DNA of 64,000 nucleotides. It comes from the human T2T-CHM13v2.0 reference genome, Homo sapiens. The position numbers and the translations under genes are program-made. The notes beneath the pieces are model-generated. The model did not search any database, was not told where the DNA came from, and saw only the letters and a program-made list of their open reading frames with translations. The stretch lies in the NCBI RefSeq assembly GCF_009914755.1, contig NC_060940.1; one strand, written 5' to 3'. Below are positions 39,745-55,530 of the stretch, one piece after another (positions within the stretch are counted from its first letter, which is position 1; the number at the start of each line of letters is the position of its first letter).

Positions 39745-39960
39745 CAGGGGGTTGGCAAACTACAGCCTGAAGGCCAAGTTCACTACTCTATTTATTTTTG
39801 TAAATAAAGTTTTATTGGAACACAGTCTTGCTTATTTACTTAAATACTATCCATGGCTGCTGTATGACAGCAGAGTTGAGAAGCAACAAAGATCGTGTGG
39901 CCTGAAATGCCTAAATATTTATTATCTGCCTTTTAAAGAAAAAAATGTGGCCAATCCTTG
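39745..39960 (+). mobile_element. MER58A-like hAT MITE
   Basis: caggggg ttggcaaact start, internal tttgtaaataaagttttattggaacacag, and gccaatccttg end. Confidence 0.8.
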
Positions 39961-40215
39961 TCCAACAGGAACCAATACTATGACTTCCTAGACTGGCAAG
40001 GGCAGGCTGGTGTAGAGTGTATATTTGAACAAAAAGTGACTCAAATACTCACCTTATCTTTGGTGTGTCTGTTCTCAGTTATTAATTTGGGAAAGTTAGA
40101 GAGTTTATAGAAACCCTTCATTAAGTCATAAATGATATTCAGCTGTTAAGTAACTAAAACAGTTAACCTACAGTATTCAATCTTTGTGAAGATAGAACCC
40201 ATTTATCATGCTTTA

Positions 40216-40365
<150 letters not shown>

Positions 40366-40667
40366 CTACAGGAATACAAATACAGAGTCCACAGAAACGT
40401 TCACTGTTAACAGTTGCTCACTGACGTCACAGTGTCTGGCAGGCTTTGGGCAGTGAATGTGGCATCATGCCCTGAAAACACAGGTAAGGGAGCCACCTTT
40501 ATTCAGTAGGTCACCTTCACACTGCAGTCCCTTTAGTATTTTTCCAGGAAGCCAAACAGGCAACTGTGGACAGCATCAATTTCAACATAAGGAGAGCTCA
40601 GAAAACCAACTGGATCCCAAGAGAGGCTCGACTAGAATATTCCAGTTTTAAAAAGTGTTCATTTTAA

Positions 40668-41650
40668 CTACCATTCGAACCAGCAATCCCACTACTGAGT
40701 ATATACCCAAAAGGAAAGAAATCATTATATATGAAAGATACCTGCGCTCATATGTTTATTGCAGCGCTATTCACAGTAGCAAAAATATGGAATCAACCTA
40801 AGCGTCCTTCAACACAGGATTTGATAAAGAAAATGAGGCACATATATACCATGGAATATTACTCAGCCATTAAAAAAAATCATATCTTCTCCAGCAACAC
40901 TGATGAAACTGGAGGCCGTTATTCTCAGTGAAGTAACTCAGGAACAGAAACTCAAATACCGTATGTTCTTATAAGTGGGAGCTAAACAACAAGTATGCAT
41001 GGCCATCCAGAGTGGAATGAGACATTGTACTATGAAAGGTGGAAAGGTAGGGAGGGGAGGGGAGTCGGGGAGGGCTGGAAAACTACCTATTGGGTACAAT
41101 GTTCACTCTTTAGGTGACGGTAACACTAAAAGCCCAGACTTCACCACTGTGCAATACCTGCATGTAAGAAACCTGCACTTGTAACCTGTAAACACATCAA
41201 ATAAATAAATGTTTTAAAAGTATTCATTTTAAAGCTCAAAATATCTTGGGTATAAAAATGTGTTTTCCTTAAAGATATAATTCCTAAAGGGAACAAACTT
41301 CTGATACACATAGCATGGATAAAATTCAAATACATCATGTTAGGTGAAAGAGGTCTGACTCAAAAGCCAGGCATATGATTCCATTTATATGGCATCTGGA
41401 AACAGGCAAAATTATGGGGAAAGAAACTTGATAAGTGGTTGCCAGGGGCTGAGGATCAGGGAAGGAAGTGGTTGCCAGGGGCTGAAGGTTGGGGAAGGAC
41501 ATGACTACAAAAGGACCTAGTGGAGTTCTGGAGGGTGCGGATCAAACTGTTGTACATCTTGTTTATGATGATACACAATTATGTGTTGAACTGGATGTTA
41601 AAAAGGGTAAATTTTTACTCTATTTCAATTATATCTCAATTTAAAAAAAT
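40668..41650 (+). mobile_element. Old L1 3'-end fragments (L1M-type)
   Basis: cagcaatcccactactgagtatatacccaaa...atggaatattactcagccat ORF2/3' UTR motifs, followed by a second 3'-end piece. Confidence 0.75.
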
Positions 41651-42779
41651 TATAGAGAATGCAAATTCCTTATACGGCCCTGGAGCTGAGTTTTCCAACT
41701 GTACTCTGGAGACATCTCAGAGTTTATGTAGGGCTCTAGGGTGGGTGTGTGTGTAGGGAGAGCAGGCATAGGCCTGGCCACACCACCACCCATACTTTCA
41801 TCCAAGCAGCTCTGGATTTTTTTTCCACATATGTAAATTAATTCTATAAATGTTTACATTCAAGGTTTTATTTTTGGAAAAGTTCTAATAACTATAACAA
41901 AAAAAGGAAGAAAAAAATAATTGCCTTAGGGGCACAATAAAGCCCTCCTGAGATATTAGCTCCTAGGGACACGTTGTTCTGACTATAGAAGGAGCAGGGA
42001 GTATGTCAACGTCAGGACCTTGAAGGAAAAGGTCGGCACCGGGCTCTGCTTAGAGCTCTTGCTGGGGGTGGAATGTTGGCAACATAAGCAGTGCCCAGGG
42101 CCCCCAGGGCCTCCTCATTCCTGCAGTCAGCTTGTTTATGTAAACATGAGTTGATCATTATTTTCCCAGGTCAGGTCAAATCTAACTGGGCAAGAGTCCA
42201 TAAAAACCTCTAAAATCAGATAAAACTTCTCTTTATTCTTAAACAGCTTCCTCCTCATTTCCCAAATTTAAAAAATGCCTAGGATTCATTTTACTAGACC
42301 AAAGCTTTTCTACCAGAAAATCCAGCAAGTTAATTATTAGATCTTAATAAAAAATGCATGGTTCCAGTAAATTAGTTGTACCAAAAGTAGTCCACTCCAA
42401 ACCATCACAGAACTGGAGGAAGAACAGCCAGGGCCTGCCTGAGAATTCTAAACAACTCCCAGAAGGGAATTCTGATTCCAACACCCTTGAAGTCTTGACT
42501 TTTTAAAGGAGGTCGGTGGGGTGGTCCAGCTGCAGAGCTTCAACAGCTGCCTGACCCCAAAGAACCCCTGTAATGCCTGCCATGAGCCCAGCAGTAGCTG
42601 CACTGGGCGACCACACTCCCAGGCCACCTATATGCACCAAGATGTCACCCTCACTCTCTGTTGGCAGTCCAGCTGAGGTTTAAGGAGAAAGAGGAGCCAG
42701 GAGAGTCATGCTTCCTTCTTCTTTTATTATGGCCCCAAGCAGATAAAATTTGCCATCTTAACCATTTGTCAGTGTAAGT

Positions 42780-43192
42780 GAGCCCTCAGTACCACTATAT
42801 AGGTGAGTTTCACAGGCTGATTCAGCCAGCCCTGGAGCAAGTGTTACACTGTTGCTGACATGTACTGTATAGTTAGGCCGAGGATGGCTGTGTCTGTACT
42901 GAACATGCACAGGCTTTCTTGTCATTATTCCTAAACAATACAGTGTATAACAACCATTTACTCAGCATTTACATTGTATTAGGTATCAGAAGTAGTCTAG
43001 AGATGATTTAAAATATATGGAAGATGTGCGCAGGTTATATACAAACAGTATCCTTCCCCCATCTTTTTTTTTTACCTTAAACTATTAAGGGTTAAAGTGT
43101 CCCACTTTATATCAGAGACTTGAGCATTCATGGATTTTGGTATCTGAAGGAGGGGGTCCTAGAACCAATCCCCAGATACCAAGGGATGACTA
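42780..43192. mobile_element. MER2/MER2B-like TcMar-Tigger relic
   Basis: ttgtcattattcctaaacaatacagt...gacttgagcattcatggattttggtatc...gaaccaatccccagataccaagggatgact. Confidence 0.65.
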
Positions 43193-43753
43193 CATAGTGT
43201 GGCAGAGTTAACCACAGGCACATGGCTGCGCAACAGATCTGAACTTTTTCATCTTGCAAAACTGAAACTATATCTAAGGGACAACACTCCTATTTCGCCT
43301 CGCCTCGCCCCAGCCCTCCTGCAGCCATCATTCTGCTGTCTGTAAGAGTTTTATGTGGTATTTGTCTTTTTGTGGTAGACTTATTTCATGTAGCATAATG
43401 TCCTCCAGGTTCATTCATGCTGCAGCATGCAACAGGATTCCCTTCCTTTTGAAGTCTGAGTACTATTCTACTGTACAGGTTTGCCATATCTTCCTTATCC
43501 ATCCATCTCCAGTAGACATTTCAGTTGCTTCCACCCCTTGGCTGTGAGCCACGCCTTCTTTTTAAACCAAATTTCAATACGCCCGTAGCTATATCCATCC
43601 CTCCTCACAACCCTCTCTCCTACTCAGCTCCCCACCCTAGCCTGTTCTTTCAGTTGACTCTTCTATTTGTTCTGTCCCATCAATCTCTGCCCCTCAGTGA
43701 TCATTCCTATGCACATACCAGATGTGCTTTCGAATCTACCCTTAAAAAACAAC

Positions 43754-44112
<359 letters not shown>

Positions 44113-44935
44113 TCAGTGTAACAACTCTGAGATGTAAACATTCCAGGGCACTCAGGCAGAAGTGGCTCCCCTGTAATACTGTGAGATTCAGTGCCAGGAG
44201 TGATCAGGTTTCTCAGTAAATATCCAACAAGCATCCCTTCCTGCTTCCAGCACAGGGAGGGGAAAAAGCACCTCAGTGAAATCAGCCAGGGCACACTGTT
44301 CTTAACAACGTCTGCCCTCAGGAGAAACTACTCAACCAGAACCTCATCTGCTGGGGTCTGATCAAAGCTGCACCGACCGGAGGGAACTCCAGTCCACTCG
44401 AACCATCCTGTCCCACAGGAGGAGGGGAAACTGAGAAGTAGATTGAAGTTCACAGTCCAGAGCATGGGCTCACTAAAAGACGGAGCCCTAATCCCAGGAC
44501 TACAGCATGCTTCTTTCCCTCCCCCGACACCTACATCACGACAGGCCTGTTCACCACAGTCCTTTTTACGCAGTACATCATGTTCAACTATCATGAAAAA
44601 ATTATAAGGCATACTAAAAGGCAAAAAACACAATTTGAAGAGACAGAGCAAGCATCAGAGCCACACAGAGCAGAGATGCTGAAATTAACAGACTGGGAAT
44701 TTAAAACTATGATTAATATGCAAAGAGCACTAATGGATAAAGTGGACAGCATGCAGGAACAGACGGGCAGCATGAGCAGGCAGATGGAAATCTTAAGAAA
44801 GAACCAAAGAGAAGTGCCAGAGACCAGAAACACCAACACGAGTGAAGAATTCCCGTGACAGGCTTATTAATAGATGGACACAGCTGAGGGAAGAATCTCT
44901 GAGCTTGAGATACACACTTTGAAAATGGAAAAGCA

Positions 44936-45422
<487 letters not shown>

Positions 45423-46153
45423 TTAGAGAGTACCAAGCAGGACAAAGGTAAAAAAAAAAAAAAAAAAACAAAACAAAACAAAAAAAACACTACATCAAAT
45501 TCATCAAATTCAAATTATAGAGAATCAAAGATTAAGAAAAAAATCCTGAAAGAAGCCAGAGGGAAGAACACCTTACTTTTAGAGGAGCAAAGTTAGGAAT
45601 GACATCGACAGCTCCTCAGAAGCCCCACAAGCAAGAAGACAGCGAAGGGAAATATTTAAAGTGTTAAGAAAAGACTCACCAACAGAGAATTCTATACCCC
45701 ACAAAATTATCCTTCCAAAAGGATGCAGAAACAAAGACTGCCTCCGACAAACCAAAGTTGGAATATGTTGCCGTGAGACCTACCTTACAAGAAATGTTAA
45801 AAATATTAAGTCGTTTAAAGAAATTGATATAGGTCAGAAAGCTCAGCTCTACATAAAGAAAGGAAGAGCATCAAAGAAGGTATAAATAAATAAAAACTGT
45901 TCTTTAACATAACATTCGATTCAAAATAACAGCAACAGTGCATTCAGTTATGTGTGCTTGTGCACGTGTGTGCTTATGTACTCACATACAGGTGAAATGA
46001 ATGACAACAATGATACAAGGGACAGGAGCGAGGAATTAGGATTGTTTTGTTATCAAAAGGTACTCACACTTCCCATGCAGTGGTACAGTGTTATCTGAAA
46101 ATAAACGAATTAGTTGCAAATGTATATTACAAACTCTAGGGCAACCATTAAAA

Positions 46154-46350
46154 CAAGCTTGTCCGACTCATGGCCCACACAGCTTTCAATGCAGCCCAAT
46201 ACAAATTTATAAACTTTCTTAAAACGTTATATTTTTAATTTTCTTTTTTTAGCTCATTAGCTATCATTATTGTTAGTGTATTTTATGTGAGGTCCAAGAC
46301 AATTCTTCTTCCAATGTGGCCCAGGGAAGCCAAAAGATTGGACACACCTG
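46154..46350 (-). mobile_element. MER30 hAT MITE
   Basis: TIR-bounded element with a perfect 8-bp TSD CATTAAAA (46146-46153 / 46351-46358). Confidence 0.85.
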
Positions 46351-46840
46351 CATTAAAACAAGTAACAAGTATACTGATATGCTAAGAAAGGAGAAAAATG
46401 GAATTCTATAAAATGTTCAGTTAAAACCACAAGAGGCAGAGAAAGAGTGGAAGACAAAAATAGGAACAAAAAACAAGGGCAACAAATAGAAAACAGTAAC
46501 AAAATGGTAGTTATTAATCCAAATACATTAATAATCACTTTGAACATCAATGGCCTAAATGTGCCAAGTAAGAGAGGTTGTCAGAGTAAATAAAGAAAAC
46601 CAAGACCTAACTGAATGTTGTTTACCCACTTTAAAATAAAGACACATACAGATTAAAAGAAAATGGATTAAGAAAAATATACCACACCAACACTAACCAA
46701 AAGAAACCAGGAGCAGCTATATTACTTTCACAGAGCAAACGTCAAAGCAAGCAAAGTTATCAGGGATAAAGAACAGCATTACAAAATGATCATGGGGTCA
46801 ATTCTCCAAGAAGACACGACATCTTTAAAGTATATACACC

Positions 46841-47165
46841 TGCTGGGCACAGTGGCTCATGCCTGTAATCCCAGCACTTTGGGAGGTCGAGAAGGGCAGA
46901 TCACTTGAGGTCAAGAGTTTGAGACCAGCCTGGCTAACATGATGAAACCCGTCTCTACTAAAAATACAAAAATTAGTTGGGTGTGGTGGCACACGCCTGT
47001 AATCTCAGCTACTCAGAAGGCTGAGGGAGGAGAATCGCTTGAACCCAGGAGGTGGAGGTTGCAGTGAGCCGAGATCGGGCCACTGCACTCCAGCTTGCGC
47101 AACCAAGTGAGGCTCTGTCTCCAAAACATAAATAAATTAAATAAATAAATAAATTTAATAAATAA
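46841..47165 (+). mobile_element. Alu inserted in the old L1
   Basis: Dimer with (TAAA)n tail; TSD taaagtatataca. Confidence 0.88.
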
Positions 47166-50153
47166 AGTATATACATCTAACAACAAAGCATCAGACAAAC
47201 TGAGGCAAAAATTAAAAGAACCACAAAGAGAAACAAAATAGATTTGGAGACTACAACACCTATCACAAATGAACACTCAAGCAGGCAGAAAATCAGTTAA
47301 GAACATAGCTGAACTCAATAACACCATCAATCAACTGTATACAATCAACATCTGTAGACTACTTCATCCAACAACAGCAGAATACACATTCTTCTCAAGT
47401 TCACATAGAACATTCAAGACAGACCACAAGCTAGGTCATAAAACACATCTTAAAATAAATTTAAAAGAATATAAATTACACAATGTCTGCTCTTAAAGCA
47501 GAAATCATTAACAGTAAGAAAACCGGAAAATCCCAAAATACATGAAGATTAAACAACACACCTCTAAATAACACATAGATCAAAGACGATATCTCAGGAT
47601 AAATTTTAAAATATTTTGAATTAAATGAAAATGAAAACACAAGTTATCAAAATTGTGAGATGTAGTAAAGCAGTGCTTGTAGGAAAATGTATAGCACTGA
47701 ATGTATATATTAGAAAAGAAGACATAAACAAGTTTCCATCTTAGGAAATTAGAAATAGAAGAATAAATTAAATCCAAAGTAAGCAGAAGAAAACAAATAA
47801 TCAAAATGAGAGCAGACATCAATGAAACTGAAAATAAGGAGTCAACAGAGAAAAATCAATGAAACCAAAAGCCGGTCCTTTGAAATGATCAATAAAATAG
47901 ATAAGCCTCTAAGCCAAGCTAACTACGAAAAAAAGAGAGAGGACCTAAATTACTAATACAAGAAATATTATACAGATAACTTTTTATAATTAGAATTGCC
48001 AAAACTTATGCAAGAACAAATAGACAATGTGAAGTTGTATAGATAATTAATAATCTTCCACAGCAGAAGGCATCAGCCCACATGAGTTCGCTAGTGAATT
48101 CTGCCAAACATTTAAGGAAGAAATTGTATCAATTCTCTACAATCTCTTTCAGAGGACAGAAGCAGAAGGGATACTTCCTAATTCATACTATAAGGTCAGC
48201 ATTACCCTAATACTAAAACCAGAGAAAGAGATTACAAGAAAACTACAGACCAACATCTCTCATAAACACATATGTAAAAATCCTCAATAAAATATTAGCA
48301 AATCAAATCCAACAACGCATAAAAATAATTATAAACTACATCCAAGTGGTATTTATTCCAGGTACATAAGGCTGGTTCAACATTTGAAAATCAATTAATA
48401 TACTTCTATATTATCAACAGGCTAAAAAAGAAAAGTAACATGACCGTATCAGTAGATGCAGAAAAATCACTCAACAAAATCCAACACCCATTCATGATAA
48501 AAACTCTCAGTAAACTAGGAATAGAGGGAAACTTTGTCACTGTGATAAAGAATATCTACAAAAACCCTACCACTAACATCATGCTTCATGGTGAGAAACT
48601 CAAAGCTTTCACATTAAGATCAGGAACAAGACAAAGATGTCCCATCTAACCACTGCTTTCCAATGTCATCCTAGAAGTCCAAGCTAATACAATAAGACAA
48701 GAAAAGAAAAGCAAACAGATTGGGAAGGAAGAAATAAAACTCTGCAGATGACATGCTCACCTATGTAGAAAATCTGGAAGAACTGATAAAAACACTCTTG
48801 GAACTAATAAGCAATTACAGCAAAGTTGTGAGATACAAGGTTAACATACTACAGTCAATTGCTTTCCTATATACAGAAACGAGCAAGTGGAATTTGAAAT
48901 TAAAAGCGCAGTATGCTTTATATTAGCGCCCACAAAACAAAATAGGACAAAATACATATAAGTTCTATATGAGGAAAATTACAAAATCTTGATAAATGAT
49001 ATCAACGAAGAATGAAATAAACGAAGAGATAGTCCATGTTCATGGGCAGAAAGACTAAATATTGTCAAGATGTCCATTCTTCCCAACTTGATGTACAGAT
49101 TCAATGCAATCCCAATTAATATCCCAGCAAGCTATTTTGTGGATATTGACAAAATGATTCTAAAGTTATATGAAGAGACAAAAGACTCAGGATAGCCAAT
49201 ACGATATTGAAGAAGAACAAAGTTGGAGGATTTGACACTGCCTGTCTAAAAGATTTATTACAAAGCAACAGTAATCAAGACAATGCGGTATTGGCAAAAG
49301 AACAAATAGATCAATGGAACAGAATAGAGAGCCCAGAACTAAACCCACATAGCTGGGTTGACAGCTATACTAAACCCACATAGCTGATTTTTGACAGAAG
49401 AGCAAAGGCAATACAATAGAGAAAAGATAGCCTTTTCAACAAATGGTGCTATAACTGGCCATCCACATGCAAAACAATAATCTAGACACAGCCCTTATAC
49501 TCTTCACAATAATTAACTCAAAATGGATCACAGGCCTAAATGTAAAATGCAAAACTATAATACCCCTAGAAGATAACAGAGAAATAAATAACCTAGGGTA
49601 TGGCAATGACTTTTTAGATACAACACCAAAGGCACAATCCATGAAAGAAAATAATTGATAAGCTGGACTTCATTAAACGTAAAAAGTTCTGCAAAAGACA
49701 ATGTCAAAAATAAGATGACAAGCCAGATTGGGAGAAAATATTTGTAAAAGACACATCTGATAAAGGACTGCTATCCAAAATATACAAAGAATTTTTAAAG
49801 CTTAACAATAAAAAAACAAACAACCTGATCAAAAAATGGGTATAAGACCTTAATAGATACTTCACCAAAGATAGATGTACAGATGGCAAATAAGAATATA
49901 ACAAGTTGCTCCACATCATATGTCATTAGATAAATGCAAATTAAAACAAGACACCACTACATATATATTAGAATAGCCAAAATCTGGAACACTGACAAAA
50001 CCAAATGCTGGAGAGGATGTGGAGTAACAGGAACTCTCATTCACTGCTGGTGAGAACGCAAGATGATACAGCCACTCTGGAGGATGATTCGGCAGCTTCT
50101 AACAAAACTAAACAATTTTACCATTTGACCTAGCAATCATGCTGTTTAGCATT

Positions 50154-52413
50154 TGTATTTGTCGTTTTCTCATTGCTGATAAAGATATATCCGAGACTGG
50201 CAATTTACAAAAGAAAGAGGTTTAATCAACTTACAGTTCCACATGGCTGAGGAGGCCTCACGACCATGGCAGAAGGCAAGGAGGAGCAAGTCACATCTTA
50301 CATGGATGGTGGCAGGCAAAGAGAGAGAGCTTGTGCAGGTGAACTCCTCTTTTTAAAACCATCATATCTCGTGAGACTTATTCACTATCACGAGAACAGC
50401 AGGAGAAAGACCTGCCCCCATGATTCAACTACCTCCTACCAGGTCCCTCCCACAAAACGTGGGAATTCAAGATGAGATTGGGGTGGGGACACAGTCAAAC
50501 CATATCATTCCGCCCCGGCCCCTCCCAAATCTCATGTCCTTATGTTTCAGAACCAATCATGCCTTCCCAACAGTCCCCCAAAGTCTTATTTCAGCATTAA
50601 TTCAAAAGTCCAAAGTACAACATCTCATCTGAGATAAGGCAAGTCCCTAACGTCTATGAGCCTGTAAAATCAACAGCTAGTTAGTTACTTCCTAGATACA
50701 ATAGGGGTATAGGCATTGGGTAAATACAGCTGTTCCAAATGGGAGAAATTGGCCAAAACAAAGGGGCTACAGGCCACATGCAAGTCCAAAATAAGGTAGG
50801 GCAGTCAAATCTTAAAGCTCCAAAATGATCTCCGCTGAATCCATGTCTCGCATCTGGGTCACGCTGATGCAAGAGACGGGTTTCCGTGGTCTTGGGCAGC
50901 TCCACCCCTGTGGCTATGCAGGGTACAGCCTCCCTCCCGGCTGCTTTCACAGACTGGCGTTGAGTGTCTGTGGCTTTTCCAGGCACACAGTGCAAGCTGT
51001 CAGCAGATCTACCATTCTGGGGTCTGGAGGACAGTGGCCCTCTTCTCATAGCTCCATTAGGCGGTGCCCTAGCAGGCATTCTGCGTAGGGGCTCTGATCC
51101 CACATTTGCCTTCCGCACTGCCGTAGCAGAGGTTCTCCATGAAGGCCCTGCCCCTGTGCCAAACTTCTGCCTGGGCATCCAGGTGTTTCCATACATCTTC
51201 TGAAATCTAGGCGGAGGTTCCCAAACCCCAATTCTTGACTTCTGTGCACTCGCAGGCTCAACACCACCTGAAGGCTGCCAAGGCTTGGGGCTTCCACCCT
51301 CTGAAGCCCAATGGCCCCTTTCAGCCATGGCTGGAGCAGCTGAAACACAGGGCACCAAGTACCTAGGCTGCACACAGCACAGGGACCCTGAGCATGACCC
51401 ACGAAACCATGTTTTCCTCCTAGGCCTCTGGGCCTGTGATGAGAGGGGGCTGCTGTGAAGACCTCTGACATGCCCTGGAGATATTTTCCCCATTGTCTTG
51501 GGGATTAACATTCAGTTCCTGGTTACTTATGCAAATTTCTGCGGCCAGCTTGAATTTCTCCTCAGAAAATGGGATTTTCTTTTCTATCGCATTGTCAAGC
51601 TGCAAATTTTCCAAACTTTTATGCTGTTTCCCTTTTAAAACTGAATGCCTTTAACAGCATCCAAGTCACCTCCTGAATGCTTTGCTGCTTAGAATTTTCT
51701 TCTACCAGATACTCTAAATCATATGTCTCAAGTTCAAAGTTCCCCAAATCTCTTAAGGCAGGGGCAACATGCTGCCATTCTCTTTGCTAAAACATGACAA
51801 GAGTCACCCTTGCTCCAGTTCCCAACAAGTTCCTCATCTCCATTTGAGACCACCTCAGCCTTGATTTCATTGTCCATATCATTATCAGTATTTTGGTTAA
51901 AGCCATTCAACAAGTCTCTAGGGAGTTCCAAACTTTCCCACATTTTCCTGTCTTCTCCTGAGCCCTCCAAACTGTCCCAACCCCTGTTAGCTAGTTTCAA
52001 AGTCACTTCCACATTTTCAGGTATCTACAGCAGCACCCCACTCCTGGTACCAATTTACTGTATTAGTCCATTTTCATGCTGCTAATAAAGACATACCCAA
52101 GACTGGATGATTTACAAAAGAAAGAGGTTTAATGGACTTACAGTTCCACATGGCTGGGGAGGCCTCATAATCATGGTGGAAGGCAAGGAGGAGCAAGCCA
52201 TATCTTACATGGATGGCAGCAGGCAAAGAGAGAGAGCTTGTGCAGGGAAATCCTCTTTATAAAACCATCAGATCTTGTGAGACTTATTCACTATCACAAG
52301 AACAGCATGGGAAAGACCTGCCCCCATGATTCAACTACCTCCCACTGGGTACCTCCCACAACACGTGGGAACTCAAGAGGAAATGTGGGTGGGGACACAG
52401 TCAAACCATATCA
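50154..52413 (-). mobile_element. Full-length THE1 (ERVL-MaLR) element: LTR 52413-52059, internal region, LTR 50507-50154
   Basis: Two homologous LTRs of about 355 bp (minus strand TGATATGG...TACA), a THE1-int body, and a 5-bp TSD GCATT at 50149-50153 and 52414-52418. Confidence 0.92.
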
Positions 52414-53084
52414 GCATTTAACCAAGGAAGTTATGAACTTACGTCTACATAAAAACCTGCACATAAATGTTTATAGCAGCTTTATTCATAACTGCCAAAA
52501 CCTGGAAGCAACCAAGATGTCCTTAAGTAGGTGAACGAATTAACAAATTGTGGTATATCCAGACAATGGAATATTATTTGGTGCTAACAAGAAATGAGCT
52601 ATCAATCCCTTAAAGATATAAAGGAAACATACATGCAAATAATTAAGTGAAAGAAGCCATCTAAAAAGGCTACATACTGCAGGATTCCACCTGTATGACA
52701 TTCTGGAATAGGCAAAGCTATGAAGATAGTAAAAAGATCAGTGGTTGCTAGAGGCTAGGGGGAGGAAAGGAAAGGCAGAGTGCATACAGAATCTTTAGGG
52801 CAGTGAAAAGACTGTATCATGTGGATACGTGTCACTATATATTTGTCCAATCCTATAGAGGGAACACAAATGTAAATTATGGACTTTGGGTGATTATGAT
52901 GTGCCAACACAGGTTTATCAACTCTATCAAACATACCCTCTGCTGAGGGATGTTGATAATGGGGAAGGCTGTGTGTGTGTGGGCACAGGAGGCATACAGA
53001 AAATCTCTGTACCTTCTTCTTAATTTTGCTGTAAGCCTAAAACTGCTCTAAAAAATTAGTCTTAAAAACAAACAAAAAAGACTC

Positions 53085-53830
53085 ATGAGTATTCAAAAGA
53101 ATTAGAAGCAGGGTCTCAAAGAAATATATGCCTACTCATGTTCACAGTAGCATTATTCACGATAGCTAAAATGTGGAAGCAATGTGAGTGTCCAACGACA
53201 GATTAATAGATAAATAAAATGTGGTATATGCATACAATGAAATATTACTCAGCCTTAAAAAGGAAGAAAATTCTGACTTGTGCTACAACGTGGATGAACC
53301 ATGATGACATTATGCTAAGTGAAATAAGCCAGTCACAAAATGACAAATATTGTAGAATTCTACTTATATGAGGTACCTAGGTAGTTAAACTCATAGAGAA
53401 AGCAAGTAGCATAATGGTTGCCAAAGGCTAGAGGGAGGGGAGAATTAGTAGTTAATTGTTTAATGGGTATAGAGCAAGGGTATCCAATATTTTGGCTTCC
53501 CTGGGCCACACTGGAAGAAGAATTGTCTTGAGCCACACATAAAAATACTAACACTAACGATAGCTGATGAGCTAAAAAAAAAAAAAAAAAAAAAAAGGCA
53601 AAAAAATCTCATAGTTTTAAGAAAGTTTACAAATTTGTGTTGGGCTGCATTCAAAGCTGTCCTGGGCCACATGCAGCCTGCAGGTTGGACAGGCTTGGTA
53701 CAAAGTTTCGATTGTGCAAGATGAAAAGAGTTCTGTAGATGGACAGTGGTGATAGTTGCACAATGTGAATACACCACTGAAATGCACATCTGAAAAATAT
53801 TAAAACAGTAGATATAACGTATTTTACTAA
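53085..53830 (+). mobile_element. L1MB-type 3' end fragment
   Basis: agcagggtctcaaaga...ttatgctaagtgaaataagccagtcacaaa motifs; split by a MER30. Confidence 0.7.
53475..53697 (+). mobile_element. MER30 hAT MITE (second copy)
   Basis: caagggtatccaatattttggcttccctgggccac...ttggacaggcttg; degenerate TSD gtatagag/gtacaaag. Confidence 0.85.
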
Positions 53831-54199
53831 AATAGAAAAATCGAAAAAAAAATTCACTTTCTTATTTTTTTCTGTCTGAAAAAGAGTAGCATTGGCTTGT
53901 ATGTGCCTATAAGCCTTCTGGAGCAACATAATACATAAGAAACTAACCCAGGCTGTTAAGGGGGCGTGGGAGCTGGGCACATGGGAAAAGGAAGGGAGCA
54001 TGACTTCACTGTATACTCCTCTCTAGGTTCTGAAACTTGTAAATAAATGACCTATTCAAAAACCTTAAACAAACGAAAACACTTCCCTGGATGCTACACC
54101 CTATCAAGCTACCACCTCTACTGCTCTGTGTCCTTCTTCATAACATACTTCCTGGTATGGTCTATTTCTTCAGCTCCCACTCATTTCAATCTACCACAA

Positions 54200-55530
54200 T
54201 CTACTGTCCAACCCCTCGGGCAATGGAAAATGCTGGTTCTTTTCCAGCTAATCAATCACTCCCACTCTGCCAAATCCAACATGCACTTCTATGAGCTCAT
54301 CTTGTAAGAATTCCACACGCTTGACTCTTCCCTCCTGGAAACCCAACTCCTCTGTGCTGTGCTGCCACCTTCTCCTGGTCTCTTCCCTCTCCACCGGCTG
54401 TCATGGCTCCTCCCTCTCTGCCAGACCTCTGAACATGGCAGAACCTAGAGCTCAGATGTCAGCCCTCTTCTCTTTGACCCCCTGCTTTAGATGTCACCTC
54501 CAGGCGTCAATCTCCCAAATGTGCATCTCTCACTTGATCTCCTCACTGAGGTCCAGAACTGCCCACAGAGCAACCCAGACTTACCCAAATAGAACACCGC
54601 GACCCATCCTCATGCCTGTTCCTCCCGGGTCTTCGCATCTCAGTACGTGGTACCACTGTCAACTCAGCTGCTTAATTCAAACCCAGCAAGGCAGCTTCCA
54701 TTCAGCCACTTCTCTCATCCCCCATATCCAACCAAAGCACCAAGTCCTGCCAGCTCATCTTACAAAAGTGTCCTAAACCTGCCACTTATTTTCACCTTTA
54801 TTACAAATACCCCTGTCCAAGCCCCCATGTGAATTTCCCTTGACTACTGCAGCAACATCCTAACTGCTGGTCCTGCTGCTTCCATTTCTGACCCTCTATA
54901 ATTCATCCTTCTCCCAGAAGCAAAATCATTCTGTTAAATATCCTGTCAGTCCCCTGGTGGTGGTGGTGGGGGTCTGTAAGAAGCTCTGAATGGCCTTCTA
55001 ATACTTTTACAAGATCTAAATTTGCCTGTGGCCTATAAGACCCTGCATGTTCTGGCTCTGAAATCTCAATTCCTATCACAGTGTTGTTCCCCTACTTGCC
55101 AGGCCCCAACCATAATGACCTTTCTCAGTTCCTAGAACTTTCTCACCTCATAGCCTTTGCACCTACTGTTTCCACGGCCTCCTTCCCCCTGATCCAGCTC
55201 CATCTCATCCTTCATGTTTTAGCTTACATATTACCCCTCAGAGAGAACATCTCCAAATGCCTCCTCTAAAATGTTTCCTCTGGCCTCTACCCACCCACTC
55301 CACCACACTGCCTACCTTACTGCTGCCAGAGCACTCATCACCATCAGCAGTCACCTTATTTATATTTATGACCTGTCTCCCCAGTTAGTATCTACCCTAC
55401 TTGAGAGTAAGACTTGTGTCTACCTTAATGACATTGCAGGTGCTATGCTCACTACAGTGCCTGTCTCAGGAACAGGTTCTCAGTTCAAATTTGTTCAATC
55501 AATCAATAAAGATTAACTAATTAACGAATG
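54200..55530 (+). mobile_element. Probable L2 relic
   Basis: C/T-rich decayed L2-like sequence ending acagtgcctg...caaatttgttcaatcaatcaat. Confidence 0.5.

Noticed and set aside
50681-51511. 276-aa minus-strand ORF
   Set aside because: Lies inside the THE1 internal region; a MaLR remnant, not a host gene.
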